This document shows positions 19,622 through 29,103 of a stretch of 64,000 nt of DNA, in pieces. This DNA comes from an uncultured delta proteobacterium (lineage in GTDB: Bacteria; Desulfobacterota; Binatia; Binatales; Binataceae), in NCBI GenBank assembly GCA_963815835.1, contig CAWFIF010000006.1, positions 699,344 through 763,343 of the forward strand, written 5' to 3'. Position 1 is the stretch's first letter, and each line of letters begins with the position of its first letter. The notes beneath the pieces were generated by a model that ran no database searches, was not told the DNA's origin, and saw nothing but the letters and a program-made list of their open reading frames with translations. The position numbers and the translations under genes are program-made.

Positions 19622-20893
19622 ATGAACCGAAACTTCCTTTGGCATCTCTACGATGTCATATTCGACTGGTTTGACTCGGTCCTCCACACATTCGGCGCCG
19701 CTTTTGTCGCGTGGTTCTTAGTTGGCTCCGCAATCTGGGCACTACAACGGATCAAAGATGGCCTCCCAATATGGCCACTCACACATTATACCGCCCTGTG
19801 GATCGTTGCGCTGCTCTTTCCGATTACCAGCAGTGTGTACCTCATATTTGATCTACGTTTACGCCGAAATCAGATCCAGGACGCCGCGGAACGCGCCGAA
19901 CTCCAGTTCGTCTACTTTCCCGGGAGCCCGCAGGCCGCAAGGCAGTTTAGGAGAATGCTGAGGCAGCGATTTCGCGAGTCGTGCCAGCCGTGGGAGCTAA
20001 CCTCGTTTGCGCTGATTGCAGGAATGGTAACGTTGGTCGGCGGTTATTTGGTATACTGGAATGCTTTTAATGTTCCATCTGACAACGGCCCGACGACCGT
20101 GATCAGTCTCGAGCGACTGAACATCTTTGCGGCGTTTTCGGGCGCACTAGCGGGCGCTTGTATTTATTTGTTCAGGAAGTTTCGATCTTTCGACGTCTAT
20201 CCTTCCACGTATCTTCAAGCTACTATCGGGTTCATCTCGGGAACGCTAGGCGCTACCTTCCTAAGCGGATTCTATACACCTGCAGTCGTACAGATAACAT
20301 TCCTCGCGTTCGGCATTGGATTTCTCACCTCGACGAACGTGGGATTTCTCGGCAATTTGCTGCGAAAAAGGATGGCTCAGCTCACTGATACAAATCTCCC
20401 GCCTGACATCCAGGGGGACCTTGAGACGATCATTCAAAACACAGACGCGATCGAATCATTGCACAATATCTCCCTCTATTCGATTGCCGAGCTCGTCAAG
20501 GCCGAACCACTTATCATCTACCTAAATCTCCCCCAGTCGCTCGGTGTAATAAACGGCTGGATCGACGAAGCGCTCCTTTTGTACTACTTCGGATCAGACA
20601 ATGTCTTGCTGATGGCAAAGGTAGGAATTCGACGATTTACGCAAGTTATTGAGCAAGCCGTTGATAGATGGCCTGGCACTGGATGCACTGTCGACGACAT
20701 TGAGTGGAAAAAGACGCTACCCTTACTCGCTGGGTCACAAATTGAACAATTGGTTCTGTTGGAAGTAGCGTGTATAATCAGAGCGAAGGTACATAATCGA
20801 CTGCTCGCTATTTTGAATGACAGGTACCGCGACACCTTCTTCTCACCGCAGAGTGACGCAGTGCCACGCGGTTCTCTTAGCGAGGCAGCGTAG
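19622..20893 (+). CDS. Hypothetical polytopic membrane protein with soluble C-terminal domain (operon gene E)
   Basis: GGAAAGG precedes ATG 19622. About six hydrophobic spans (e.g. FGAAFVAWFLVGSAIWAL, ALWIVALLFPITSSVYLIF, FALIAGMVTLVGGYLVYW, IFAAFSGALAGACIYLF, ITFLAFGIGFLTSTNVGFLG). The C-terminal ~170 aa are soluble. Confidence 0.65.
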   Translation: MNRNFLWHLYDVIFDWFDSVLHTFGAAFVAWFLVGSAIWALQRIKDGLPIWPLTHYTALWIVALLFPITSSVYLIFDLRLRRNQIQDAAERAELQFVYFPGSPQAARQFRRMLRQRFRESCQPWELTSFALIAGMVTLVGGYLVYWNAFNVPSDNGPTTVISLERLNIFAAFSGALAGACIYLFRKFRSFDVYPSTYLQATIGFISGTLGATFLSGFYTPAVVQITFLAFGIGFLTSTNVGFLGNLLRKRMAQLTDTNLPPDIQGDLETIIQNTDAIESLHNISLYSIAELVKAEPLIIYLNLPQSLGVINGWIDEALLLYYFGSDNVLLMAKVGIRRFTQVIEQAVDRWPGTGCTVDDIEWKKTLPLLAGSQIEQLVLLEVACIIRAKVHNRLLAILNDRYRDTFFSPQSDAVPRGSLSEAA

Positions 20894-21527
20894 GGGAACT
20901 CCAAATGCACGCCGCTAGTAGCTCCGGGTGTCCATCGGCTTGCTGACGAATCGGCTGTCGGTGTCAGCAGCAATCGAGTCACGTTCCTTCCCGGCCAATA
21001 ACTGCGAGGATCGAGCCACGACACTATGGTGGTCGACTGCCCGGTCACCTGAGTCCTTTCCCTCTCGTTAGAGTTGACTGGCGTGGGTCGGGGTCTCCTC
21101 GATATCATCTCACCACCACGTTCAATCGCCGAGACTCCAATCCATACCTGACTCGTCGCCAATCGCGCGCCGCGACTGGAGACGAGGCTATTGCCGATCC
21201 AGCTGTAACGTTGGATGATCGCCCCTGGCAGATCTGCACGCCACGCTTGTTGACCTGGACGGAGCGTGCCACTGAGGACCTCGTCATGGTATTCTGTGGG
21301 CGCGGTCGGGTCATGCGTAGGGCAGTGCGTGCTTTTTGAATTTGCCTTTTACTTCAATCCCAAATTCTCAATCAACGAACAGCAGAGTCTTCCTTCTTGT
21401 TTACAACCAGTTGCTGTATTGATAGTTGTCGAGCGGATTCGAGGGCGGAGCCCGATCGGAAACGCCCTCAACGTTTAGGCTAGCCTCGAACTAACGAGGT
21501 TAAAGCCAAGTTCCGCTGGAGCAGGAG

Positions 21528-23804
21528 GTGCAAACGGTGCGAGGTGGCAACGGTCGCCGGCGACAATCCGCTTCGGATCGCGAGACGCCTTCAAAACCGT
21601 CCGAGATCATCCGTATTCCTCGCAGGGAAAGAAGGGGCCTATTGCCGGATCTTCCTGAGGTCCGCTTGCGTACAGCTGCAGATGTAACGACTCTCGTTGC
21701 CACGCAGAGCGTCAATTTCAGATCTACTCTCGACGCAGCGGACACAGCCTTCTCCAACCACGCGTATGCGGAAGCCTCAGAGCTGTGTCGCATGGCAATC
21801 GGAGCTTTACCCAACCGGACGGGAGCCGCTCTATTCAAAATCGAAGCACTACTGCGCCTCGGAGATTGTGAACGCGAATCCCACAACTATGACGCCATGC
21901 ACGAAGCGTTTTTAGAAGCCGCCGATCTTGCTCGACTGCTTGGCCGAACTGATTTGCTAGTGCGAGCGGCCCTTGGGATCGGGAAGACGTGGTCCGGTTC
22001 CGGGCAGGGGGTGTCCGATTGTGCGCTGATTTCGTTAATGGAAGAAGCCCTCGGGACTTTAACGGACCGTGAAGACGCTCAACGCGCGGTGCTCCTCGCT
22101 CGATTGGCGGTCGATATATATTGGTCAGAAAGGCACGATGAGAGTATCGCAATTGGAAAGAGAGCGGTCGAGATGGCGCGGCGTCTTGGCGACCCGGCCG
22201 TGCTTGTTGACGTCCTCAGTTACTTTGTTTGGATGCTCTGGAACCCAGATAATCTGGAACAACGGCTAGCGGCTGCCAGCGAAATGCTCAGGATGGCGGA
22301 AGAGGTGCGCGATTGGACGGCAGCTCTTCGGGCTCGCGAGGCTCGGCTAAGTGCGATGCTCGAAATCGGCGAAATTCACGATCTCGATCGGGAACTACTC
22401 GCAATTGAAAACCTTGTTCGGGTTTCAGGCAAGAAACTGGGTCACATTGAACGATTCCGCACGATGCGAGCCTTGATGCGAGGCGAATTCGCTGATGCCG
22501 AACAATGGCTTGGTCTCGAGCTCAAAGTAGCGCGCGAACGTGGCGATACGACGCTTTTACAAACATATACTGGACAACTCGGCCAACTCATCGGAGAACG
22601 AGGTGACAATCAGAATTTCACCTCAATGATCACCGGATCTTCATCGGAGATGCCGCAGTTGCCGGTGGTACGGATGGCCGTCGCACTGAGCTATGCGCGC
22701 GGAGGCCGTCTCACTGAGGCACGCACCGAGCTGGAATACCTCGCGGCCGAAAATTGCGCAAAAGTCCCCGGTGATTGGAACTGGCTCGGTACCGTCGCAC
22801 ATCTCGGTGAAGTCTGTGTCCGTGTCGGTCATTTTGAACTCGCAGACATCTTCCATAGGCTGCTTGCTCCCTACGCCGGACGAAGTGTCACTCTCGGCTG
22901 AAGCGATGTCTACTACAACGCCGTTTCTCATTACTTGGGCATGCTGTCTGCCTTGCTGAAGGATTTTGATCGCGGAGAACGCGAGTTCGAGGCCGCACTG
23001 CGATTCAATCGTAGAATGGGCGCTGGCCCTGCATCGGTGCGAACGCAGTTTGAATACGCGCGGATGCTGGTTGCTCGAGCAGCACTGGACGGTCACGCCC
23101 TCGAACGTGAAAGGGAATTGCTAGCGGACGCTCGAAGTTCGGCTGTAGCATTTCAGATGAAGACGTTGCTTTCGGAAATTGCTGCCTTCGAACAAGCAAT
23201 CGAAGCTCCGATTGATCGACAAAGATCACCCAACAATACGGCGCATCTTCGTTGCGAAGGCGACGTTTGGTATATCGAATGGCGCGGAAACTCCGCCCGC
23301 ATCCGTACGATGAAAGGCTTTGCAGCGATCGCTGCCCTTCTCTCGTGCCCAAATCAGGATATCCATGTGACAGATCTCGCCGCCACAATGGACGGTCAAA
23401 TGCAATCCTCCGCTCGGCAAAATCACGCGGATCTCACAAACGCCGGCCCTGTTCTTGACGTTCAGGCGAAGAAGGCCTACCGAGAGCGTATCGGAGAGCT
23501 GCGGGCGGAATTAGATGAAGCCGAATCTCTGAATGATGCAGCGCTCTTTGACCGGCTTTCCTCAGAGCTCGGCTTTCTCGAGCATCAGTTGGTGCAAGCG
23601 ATCGGCCTTGGCGGCCGCGACAGGCCTGTAGGTTCATCTATAGAGCGGATTCGGGTCCGTGTTACGAACGCCATTCGTGCAGCGATTACTCGAATTGCGG
23701 AGAATCACGCAACCCTAGGACGGCATCTCGACGTTTCGATTCGGACTGGCACGCTTTGCTCCTATCGGCCCGACCCATCAGGCCCCCTATCGTGGCAACT
23801 CTGA
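21528..23804 (+). pseudogene. TPR-rich C-terminal module of a large STAND/cyclase-type regulator, interrupted by an in-frame TGA; N-terminal domains missing
   Basis: ORFs 21528-22901 and 22935-23804 are in the same frame, separated only by TGA 22899-22901 (...PYAGRSVTLG*SDVYYNAVSHYLGMLSALL...). TPR-like helices run throughout. The C-terminal block HLRCEGDVWYIEWRGNSARIRTMKGFAAIAALLSCPNQDIHVTDLA is typical of ATPase-TPR regulators. No NTPase or effector domain is present upstream. Confidence 0.6.
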
Positions 23805-23940
23805 CAGATACCGGCAACTACGCCAGGCAGTGACCGTTCCCTCCGCGATGTTTTTGAAGCGGGTGGTGTCGGTCAACTGGTAGAAAAGCGCTGAGCATCA
23901 GTAATGCGGCGGGTTGCGCAGTTGGAGTATCAAGTTGTTG

Positions 23941-25155
23941 CTATGCGGCCTCCGGTTGTTCGCTGCTGGTGGCTAAGTCGTGCCAGCCGACAAGGCGGCG
24001 CAGAGTAACTTGGCCACTGCGCAGGAGGCCGAAAAGCAAGAGCAAAACCGCCTCCTCGCTGGGAAGCGAAGCCTGGGTCTTGGTCCGCCGCCGAAATTCC
24101 TCGTTGATTCGCTCCAGCGCGTTGGTGGTGCGCAGCGCCTTCCATTGCGAAATCGGAAAAGCGGTAAAGGTGAAGAGTTGGTCGCCGGCTTCCTCGAAGC
24201 TGGCGCTGACGGTCTTGCAACGCAGCTTCCACTTGCGGGCAAAAGCCACCCGCGCGTGCTCGACCGCCTCGCGACTCTCGGCATAGATCATGCGCCGATA
24301 GTCCTCTGCAAGTTCCTCGCGCAGATGGGCCGGGGCCTTGGCGAGCAGGTTCCACAGCTTATGGTTGGTACAACGTTGAATCGCGATCTGCGGCCATTGC
24401 ACTCTAAGCGCCGCGGCCAGTCCTGGATTGCCATCGACCACCGCCAGCAGCGGCTTACCGAGATTGCGGGCGCCCAGCGAGCGCACCGCATCGAGCCAGG
24501 CGTCCGCGCTCTCAACCCCTGCCAGGCGCAGGTCCAGCACCACCCGGCGGCCATCGGCGCAAACCCCCAGCGTGACCAGCACCGGTACGCGCACGCGTTT
24601 TTTCCCGATCCTCATCCGCGGATACCAGCCGTCGAGAAACAGATAACGGATCTTCAGCTCACCGAGATCCCGCTGTGCCCACGCGGCGAAGTCCTCGCGC
24701 AAGCGCCCGACCAGACGCGATACGGCATCCTTTGACAACGGAGCACCGCGCAACAACGGGCCGAGCGCTCCCCGCAGCCGCCGCGTGTTAGTGCCACTGA
24801 GGTACACTCCGAGGATCGCCTCATCGACTCGCTCGCTGCGGCGCTGCTAGCGCGGAATGATTGCACTGCGCCACTCGCGGCGCCGACCATCTTCACCCTC
24901 CATCCGCGCGCGTGGCATTGCGATGGTGGTGGGGCCAAGACTGGTGGTCAGGGTTCGCGCGCGCTTGCCATGCCGATACCCGACTCGAACCGGACCGCTG
25001 CGCTGCGATGGTGCCGCACCCAGCGCGGCCACCAATTCCTCCTCGACGATGCTCTCGATGGTGCTACGGATCCGCTCGCGCAGCAGCTCCTCGAGCGCGC
25101 CTTTCCCTTGCCACCCACTACTGCTATCGCTTTGCATGGCGTCATCCTCCGGCAC
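23941..25155 (-). pseudogene. IS256-family (Mutator-like) transposase with in-frame TAG
   Basis: ORFs 24847-25155 and 23941-24807 join in one frame across TAG 24847-24849: ...RSAIIPR*QRRSERVDEAILGVYLSGTNTRR, where the family has YQRR. Downstream motifs are YLFLDGWY, AVVDGNPGL, QRCTNHK and TTNALERINEEFRRRTK. A candidate IR core GCGCAGTTGG sits at 23916-23925 with its complement at 25221-25230. Confidence 0.8.
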
Positions 25156-25401
25156 CCGCCTCCCAGCGGGTGTGAGTTGTGGCTCAACTCGCCGGATCTT
25201 GACGCCTTTTCACTTTTCCACCAACTGCGCGACACTACCGCTGAAGCGCCATAGACGATAGATCTTTCAATGACTCCTGGATCGGTCTTGTAGGCTGCTC
25301 CTCAGGGAAACCATCAATTGGATAGAAGCGAACGATTCGTTTGAATAGTCCCTCAACTACTGAGTCTTGTATAATATAGATACACATGCTAGCCTACGGG
25401 T

Positions 25402-26417
25402 ATGGGTAACCCAGCGGGTGTGCGGCGGGACTTCGGCGCGCTGGAGCGCCGCCGGATGGAAGCAGCGGAACTGCTTAGGCGGGGCGTGAGTCAGAGTGAG
25501 GTGGCGCGCCGCCTGGGCGTGCATCGACAATCGGTGATTCGCTGGACGCGGCAGCTTGCGCAGTCTGGGCGGAAGGGTTTGAAAAAGGCCGGACGCGCGG
25601 GACGCAAACCTAGACTTGGTGGCGCTCAGCTCAAGCAGATCGAACACGCGCTCAAGCGCGGACCCGAGGCGCTCGGATACGCCACGGGGTTGTGGACCAC
25701 GAGCCGGGTGCGCGAGCTGATCGAGGACCAATGCGGGGTGCGCTATCACGAAGCTCACGTCTGGCGCCTCCTGCGCCAGCTCGGCTGGAGCTGCCAGCGG
25801 CCGAGTGGGCGGGCGCTCGAACGCGACGAAGAAGCCATCCGGTATTGGAAGCGAGTGGGGTGGCCGCGGATTAAAAAAAAGCGCTCCGCGAGCGGCGCAC
25901 CATCGTCTTTATCGACGAGAGCGGACTGAGCGAGCGGCCCCATCGGGTGCGCACCTGGGCCCCGCGCGGACAGACTCCGGTGCTGCAATATCATTTCAAC
26001 TGGAAGGTGCTCTCGGCGGTGGCCGGCATCACTTGGTGGAACTTCTATTTCCGCCTTTACCGCAGAACCATTCGCGCCCCTGAGGTAGAGAACTTCCTGG
26101 GGCATCTGCTGCGCCACCTGCCGGGCAAACTGTTGTTGGTCTGGGATCGTTCGCAAACCCATCGCGGCCGGGTGGTGAGAGAGTTTGTCGCCCGCCAGCG
26201 AGGCCGGATCGAGCTTGAGTACCTGCCCGCCTACGCGCCAGAACTTAATCCGGTGGAGTACATCTGGGGCTATTGGAAACATCACGAATTGCCTAACTTC
26301 TGTCCGCGTGACTTCAGCCAGCTCAGTTATCAGGCCCGGCGCACCCTGCGCAGGATGCGCCGGCGACCCACCTTGGTGATGGCTTTCTGGGAACAAGCGG
26401 ACTTGTTCCCACTGTAA
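25402..26417 (+). CDS. IS630-family transposase (two ORFs joined by -1 frameshift)
   Basis: ORF1 carries the HTH (VSQSEVARRLGVHRQSVIRW). After the A8 run, the -1 frame reads IKKKALRERRTIVFIDESGLSERPHRVRTWAPRGQTPV. DDE residues: FIDESG, LVWDRSQTH, YAPELNPVEYIW. Confidence 0.8.
25873..25880 (+). other. A8 slippery run (A AAA AAA G), candidate programmed -1 frameshift / transcriptional slippage site of IS630
   Basis: The run sits exactly where ORF1 and the -1 frame ORF2 overlap. It matches the classical A-AAA-AAG heptamer. Confidence 0.6.
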
Positions 26418-26422
26418 CTATA

Positions 26423-26812
26423 TTATACAGCTCTCAATAATTCCATCCATTCGTTAGACAAATCTAATGAGTACAGCTCGTCATACTGTAGAACAGGAGC
26501 TACCGAAGATGGTGGATTCAATGCAATGGCCGCCACATGGTTGTTGTATGCAACTGTTTGCAGAAGTGCGGCGCACCACTCGTAATTAGCTGGAACTGGA
26601 GAAAGCCCAGGAGGAGGCGGCGGATTGGGTATATCGGACAATAAATGTAGTAGCCGAGGGGGTCTGCCACCGCCAATACCGTCGATTGCTTTTCTCAAAG
26701 CTAGACAATCCACACGGTAGTCTTTCATTTGATCGAGGAGATACTTTACTTTGAGCAGCTTTTGGTCCTGATCCATAGTCTCTCCGATGAATTTTCTGAT
26801 GCGACCTGTCAA
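26423..26812 (-). pseudogene. Hypothetical gene interrupted by the IS630 insertion (5' part)
   Basis: The ORF ends ...SNEWMELLRAV*, with its last codons encoded by the IS630 right IR. Removing 25360-26439 restores ...WMELVEGLFKRIVRFYPIDGFPEEQPTRPIQESLKDL in frame through 25235-25359. Contains a poly-Pro stretch (PNPPPPPG). No family recognised. Confidence 0.5.
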
Positions 26813-26815
26813 CCG

Positions 26816-27001
26816 TCAGTGGGCGTTTCTATAGCTCATCGTAGGCTCGAATTGCAAATCGGAAAAACCCTGACGATCGTCAACAATCGAAGTAACTTGC
26901 ATTTGACTTTGGGTCAGGTACCCGCCGTCTCCAGCTCTAAAACATAGATGATCTCCGGTAAGAGGTTGTAGGAGCGGGTTCTCTTGGCGCTCAGTCATCA
27001 T
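26816..27001 (-). CDS. Possible small ORF (61 aa) immediately upstream of the interrupted gene
   Basis: C-terminal part of track ORF 26816-27388, starting at ATG 27001 (MMTERQENPLLQPLTGDHLCF...). Its stop is 3 nt before the next start. Weak RBS, no homology recognised. Confidence 0.25.
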   Translation of the reverse strand: MMTERQENPLLQPLTGDHLCFRAGDGGYLTQSQMQVTSIVDDRQGFSDLQFEPTMSYRNAH

Positions 27002-27201
27002 TCCGTAGCGCAAAACGCATTGACGATTCAGAGGCTTGAAGTCGCCGCCGCGCTGCGCTTCCAAAAGGTTCCTCTTGGGGAATTTTCGAAGCCGCGATTG
27101 GCTTGTTCGATGAAATCGGGGGGGCATATTCGCGAACAGTGTCGATACCGAAAACCTAATCCAGGGTGACGGGCGGGTCGGGCCATGATAGTGGAACGCG
27201 G

Positions 27202-28218
27202 ATGGTCGAGTTTCTGATCGAACTCCTGCTCGTCGCGCGATCGCGCCTGAGGTCACGGGCGAGACTCGAGGCTGAAAACCTGGTCCTGCGGCAGCAGGTG
27301 ATCGTCCTGAGCCGCAAGTCCCGGTCGCGAGTGTGGCTGAGAAACATCGACCGACTGATCTTTGTCTGGCTCTACCGATTGTTCCCATCGATTTTGAATG
27401 CGATCACCGTGGTTAAGCCGGAGACCGTGATCCGCTGGCATCGTCGCGGCTTTCGCGCCTATTGGCACTGGAAATCGCGCCGCCGTGGTGGCCGCCCCAG
27501 AATCGACCGCGAGATTCGCGATCTCATCCGACGGATGAACAAGGAAAACCCATTGTGGGGAGCGCTGCGGATACACAGCGAGCTGCTGATGCTCGGGATC
27601 GAAGTCGCCCAATCAACAGTGGCGAGGTACATGACCAAGCGGCAGGGGCCACCCTCCCAAGGTTGGAAGACCTTCCTGCGCAATCACGCAGCTGTGATCG
27701 CGTCCATCGATCTGTTCGTGGTTCGCACGGTCTCCTTCAAGCTGCTCTATGGCCTGGTAATTCTTCGCCACGCTCGCAGGCGATTGGTGAGCATCAGCGT
27801 GACGAACAATCCGACCGCCGAGTGGATCGCGGGACAGGTGACGGATGCCCTTCCGTGGGACGAAGCGCCGCGTCATCTGATTCGCGACCGCGACGGGGCA
27901 TTCGGTCCGGCATACTCTCGCCGCGTTCGCGCAATGGGGATTCGAGATCATCCTACGGCGCCACGCTCGCCGTGGCAGAACGGGCACGTTGAGCGACTTA
28001 TCGGATCGATCCGTCGCGAATCACTCGACCATCTCGTGGTGTTCGGCGAAGCGCACTTGCGCGACGTGCTCAAGAATTATGCCTCGTATTACAACCAAGT
28101 CCGGCCTCATCTCTCATTGGATAAGGATGCACCAGATTTACGCCGGACGCACAAGATCGGTCGTATCGCAGCGATTCCAATCCTTGGCGGGCTGCATCAC
28201 CAATATGTCCGAGTTTAG
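27202..28218 (+). CDS. rve (integrase-core, DDE) transposase, copy 2
   Basis: Start at ATG 27202 (MVEFLIELLLVARSRLRSRARLEAENLVLRQQ) aligns with the copy 1 N-terminus. Motifs: NPLWGALRIHSELLMLGIEVAQSTVARYM, IASIDLFVV, HLIRDRDGAFG, APRSPWQNGHVERLIGSIRRE, GGLHHQYVR. Confidence 0.85.
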   Translation: MVEFLIELLLVARSRLRSRARLEAENLVLRQQVIVLSRKSRSRVWLRNIDRLIFVWLYRLFPSILNAITVVKPETVIRWHRRGFRAYWHWKSRRRGGRPRIDREIRDLIRRMNKENPLWGALRIHSELLMLGIEVAQSTVARYMTKRQGPPSQGWKTFLRNHAAVIASIDLFVVRTVSFKLLYGLVILRHARRRLVSISVTNNPTAEWIAGQVTDALPWDEAPRHLIRDRDGAFGPAYSRRVRAMGIRDHPTAPRSPWQNGHVERLIGSIRRESLDHLVVFGEAHLRDVLKNYASYYNQVRPHLSLDKDAPDLRRTHKIGRIAAIPILGGLHHQYVRV

Positions 28219-28309
28219 GTTTTGACTAAGCACAACGTAGTGATGGTAAGGATCGAGGCTTATTCGAGAATCCAGCAGGTTCTACATTCATTTGCTCAAT
28301 CGCTATCGG

Positions 28310-28569
28310 TATCCTGCCCTGAAACCGGCCGGAATCGAAAAATTCCGCTTCCATGATCTCGGCAAACCTTCGCATCACGCGCCGCGATGAGCGGTGTCAA
28401 CCTGTACACGCTGCAAGCGTTGATGCGGCACCGCAGTTCTCCAATGACCCAACGCTAGACACATCTGAGCGCCGCACATCAGCGTGAGGCGCTCAATCTG
28501 CTCGACCGCTGGAGCTCGCGCGCTGCAATCCAAGAGGCTTCCGGCGGTGGCGGTTTTAGTGGCGGTTGA
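28310..28569 (+). pseudogene. C-terminal stump of a tyrosine recombinase (phage-type integrase)
   Basis: Manual translation gives LKPAGIEKFRFHDL, then a 1-nt deletion, then RQTFASRAAMSGVNLYTLQALMRHRSSPMTQR*THLSAAHQREALNLLDR. The TAG occupies the catalytic Tyr position of the RY-x-HL motif. Confidence 0.6.
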
Positions 28570-28662
28570 TTGCCGAAAAATGACGGGCTTCAACGGACTC
28601 GGACGCGGAAAAATCCGCGCAGGATCAGTATTGTCCTGGCGACGCGAATACCATGCGTCCTT

Positions 28663-28707
28663 CTCATAACCCGGAGGTCAAAGGTTCAAATCCTTCCCCC
28701 GCAACCA
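28663..28707 (+). tRNA. 3' half of an initiator tRNA-Met (CAU), fragment only (att-site remnant)
   Basis: CTCATAACCCGGAGGTCAAAGGTTCAAATCCTTCCCCCGCAACCA matches the E. coli tRNA-fMet 3' half (CTCATAACCCGAAGGTCGTCGGTTCAAATCCGGCCCCCGCAACCA) almost base for base. The 32 nt upstream cannot form the acceptor, D arm or 5' anticodon stem. Confidence 0.65.
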
Positions 28708-29103
28708 CCAAAGCTCCAATTCTGCCGCAAAAGCGCTCTGTCGCAAACTGACACCGCTAGCGCCGCGCATAGAAACCACTTCGACACATCCACTACCCCG
28801 TCTCAGACCATCGCGACAGACTGAGTGTCTTTTACGTGACTCGCGGTCATCGATAGCTCTCCCACACGTGGCATCGAACTTGCCCTATCGCGGTAAGGCG
28901 ATCGCTTCGCACGCGTTCAACGTGTGGGAATCGTAGCGATGTTGGGATCGAAGCGAATCGTCGCTGACCGTGATGAGATCTCGCAGTGAGTTCGAGTTTC
29001 GAATTGGCGTCGTCGCGTATGCGACTGTGATGCTATTCGTGCCGATCGCTTGCGAATCGGAATTCGTCGTGGGCAGCGATCGGCCCGGCATGGTGGATCA
29101 GCA

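Larger units (their letters stand above)
25360..26437 (+). mobile_element. IS630-family insertion sequence (1078 bp) with TA target duplication
   Basis: IRs CTGAGTCTTGTATAATATAG (25360-25379) and CTATATTATACAGCTCTCAA (26418-26437) are 16/20 complementary, with a perfect 12-bp core. Flanked by TA at 25358-25359 and 26438-26439. Confidence 0.8.

Noticed and set aside
20900-21320. Minus-strand frames downstream of operon gene E (…VTGQSTTIVSWLDPRSYWPGRNVTRLLLTPTADS…) that might be a broken gene
   Set aside because: Reading it requires at least one frameshift, it has no start, and no motif is recognised. I left it unannotated.
24847-24849. Possible stop-codon recoding: in-frame TAGs at conserved sense positions in four loci (IS256 Tyr, integrase catalytic Tyr at ~28455, IS5-like Leu at ~16480, receptor paralog Gln at 47865)
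   Set aside because: The replaced residues differ (Tyr, Tyr, Leu, Gln), and all four genes carry other lesions or are mobile-element relics. TAG also terminates clearly intact genes here (patatin 12202-12204, cheA 48229-48231). Ordinary pseudogenisation explains it.
27002-27388. N-terminal two thirds of the 190-aa minus-strand ORF 26816-27388
   Set aside because: It overlaps the start of the rve transposase on the other strand and has Arg/Gly/Ser-rich shadow composition. Only the last 61 codons were kept, as a low-confidence ORF.
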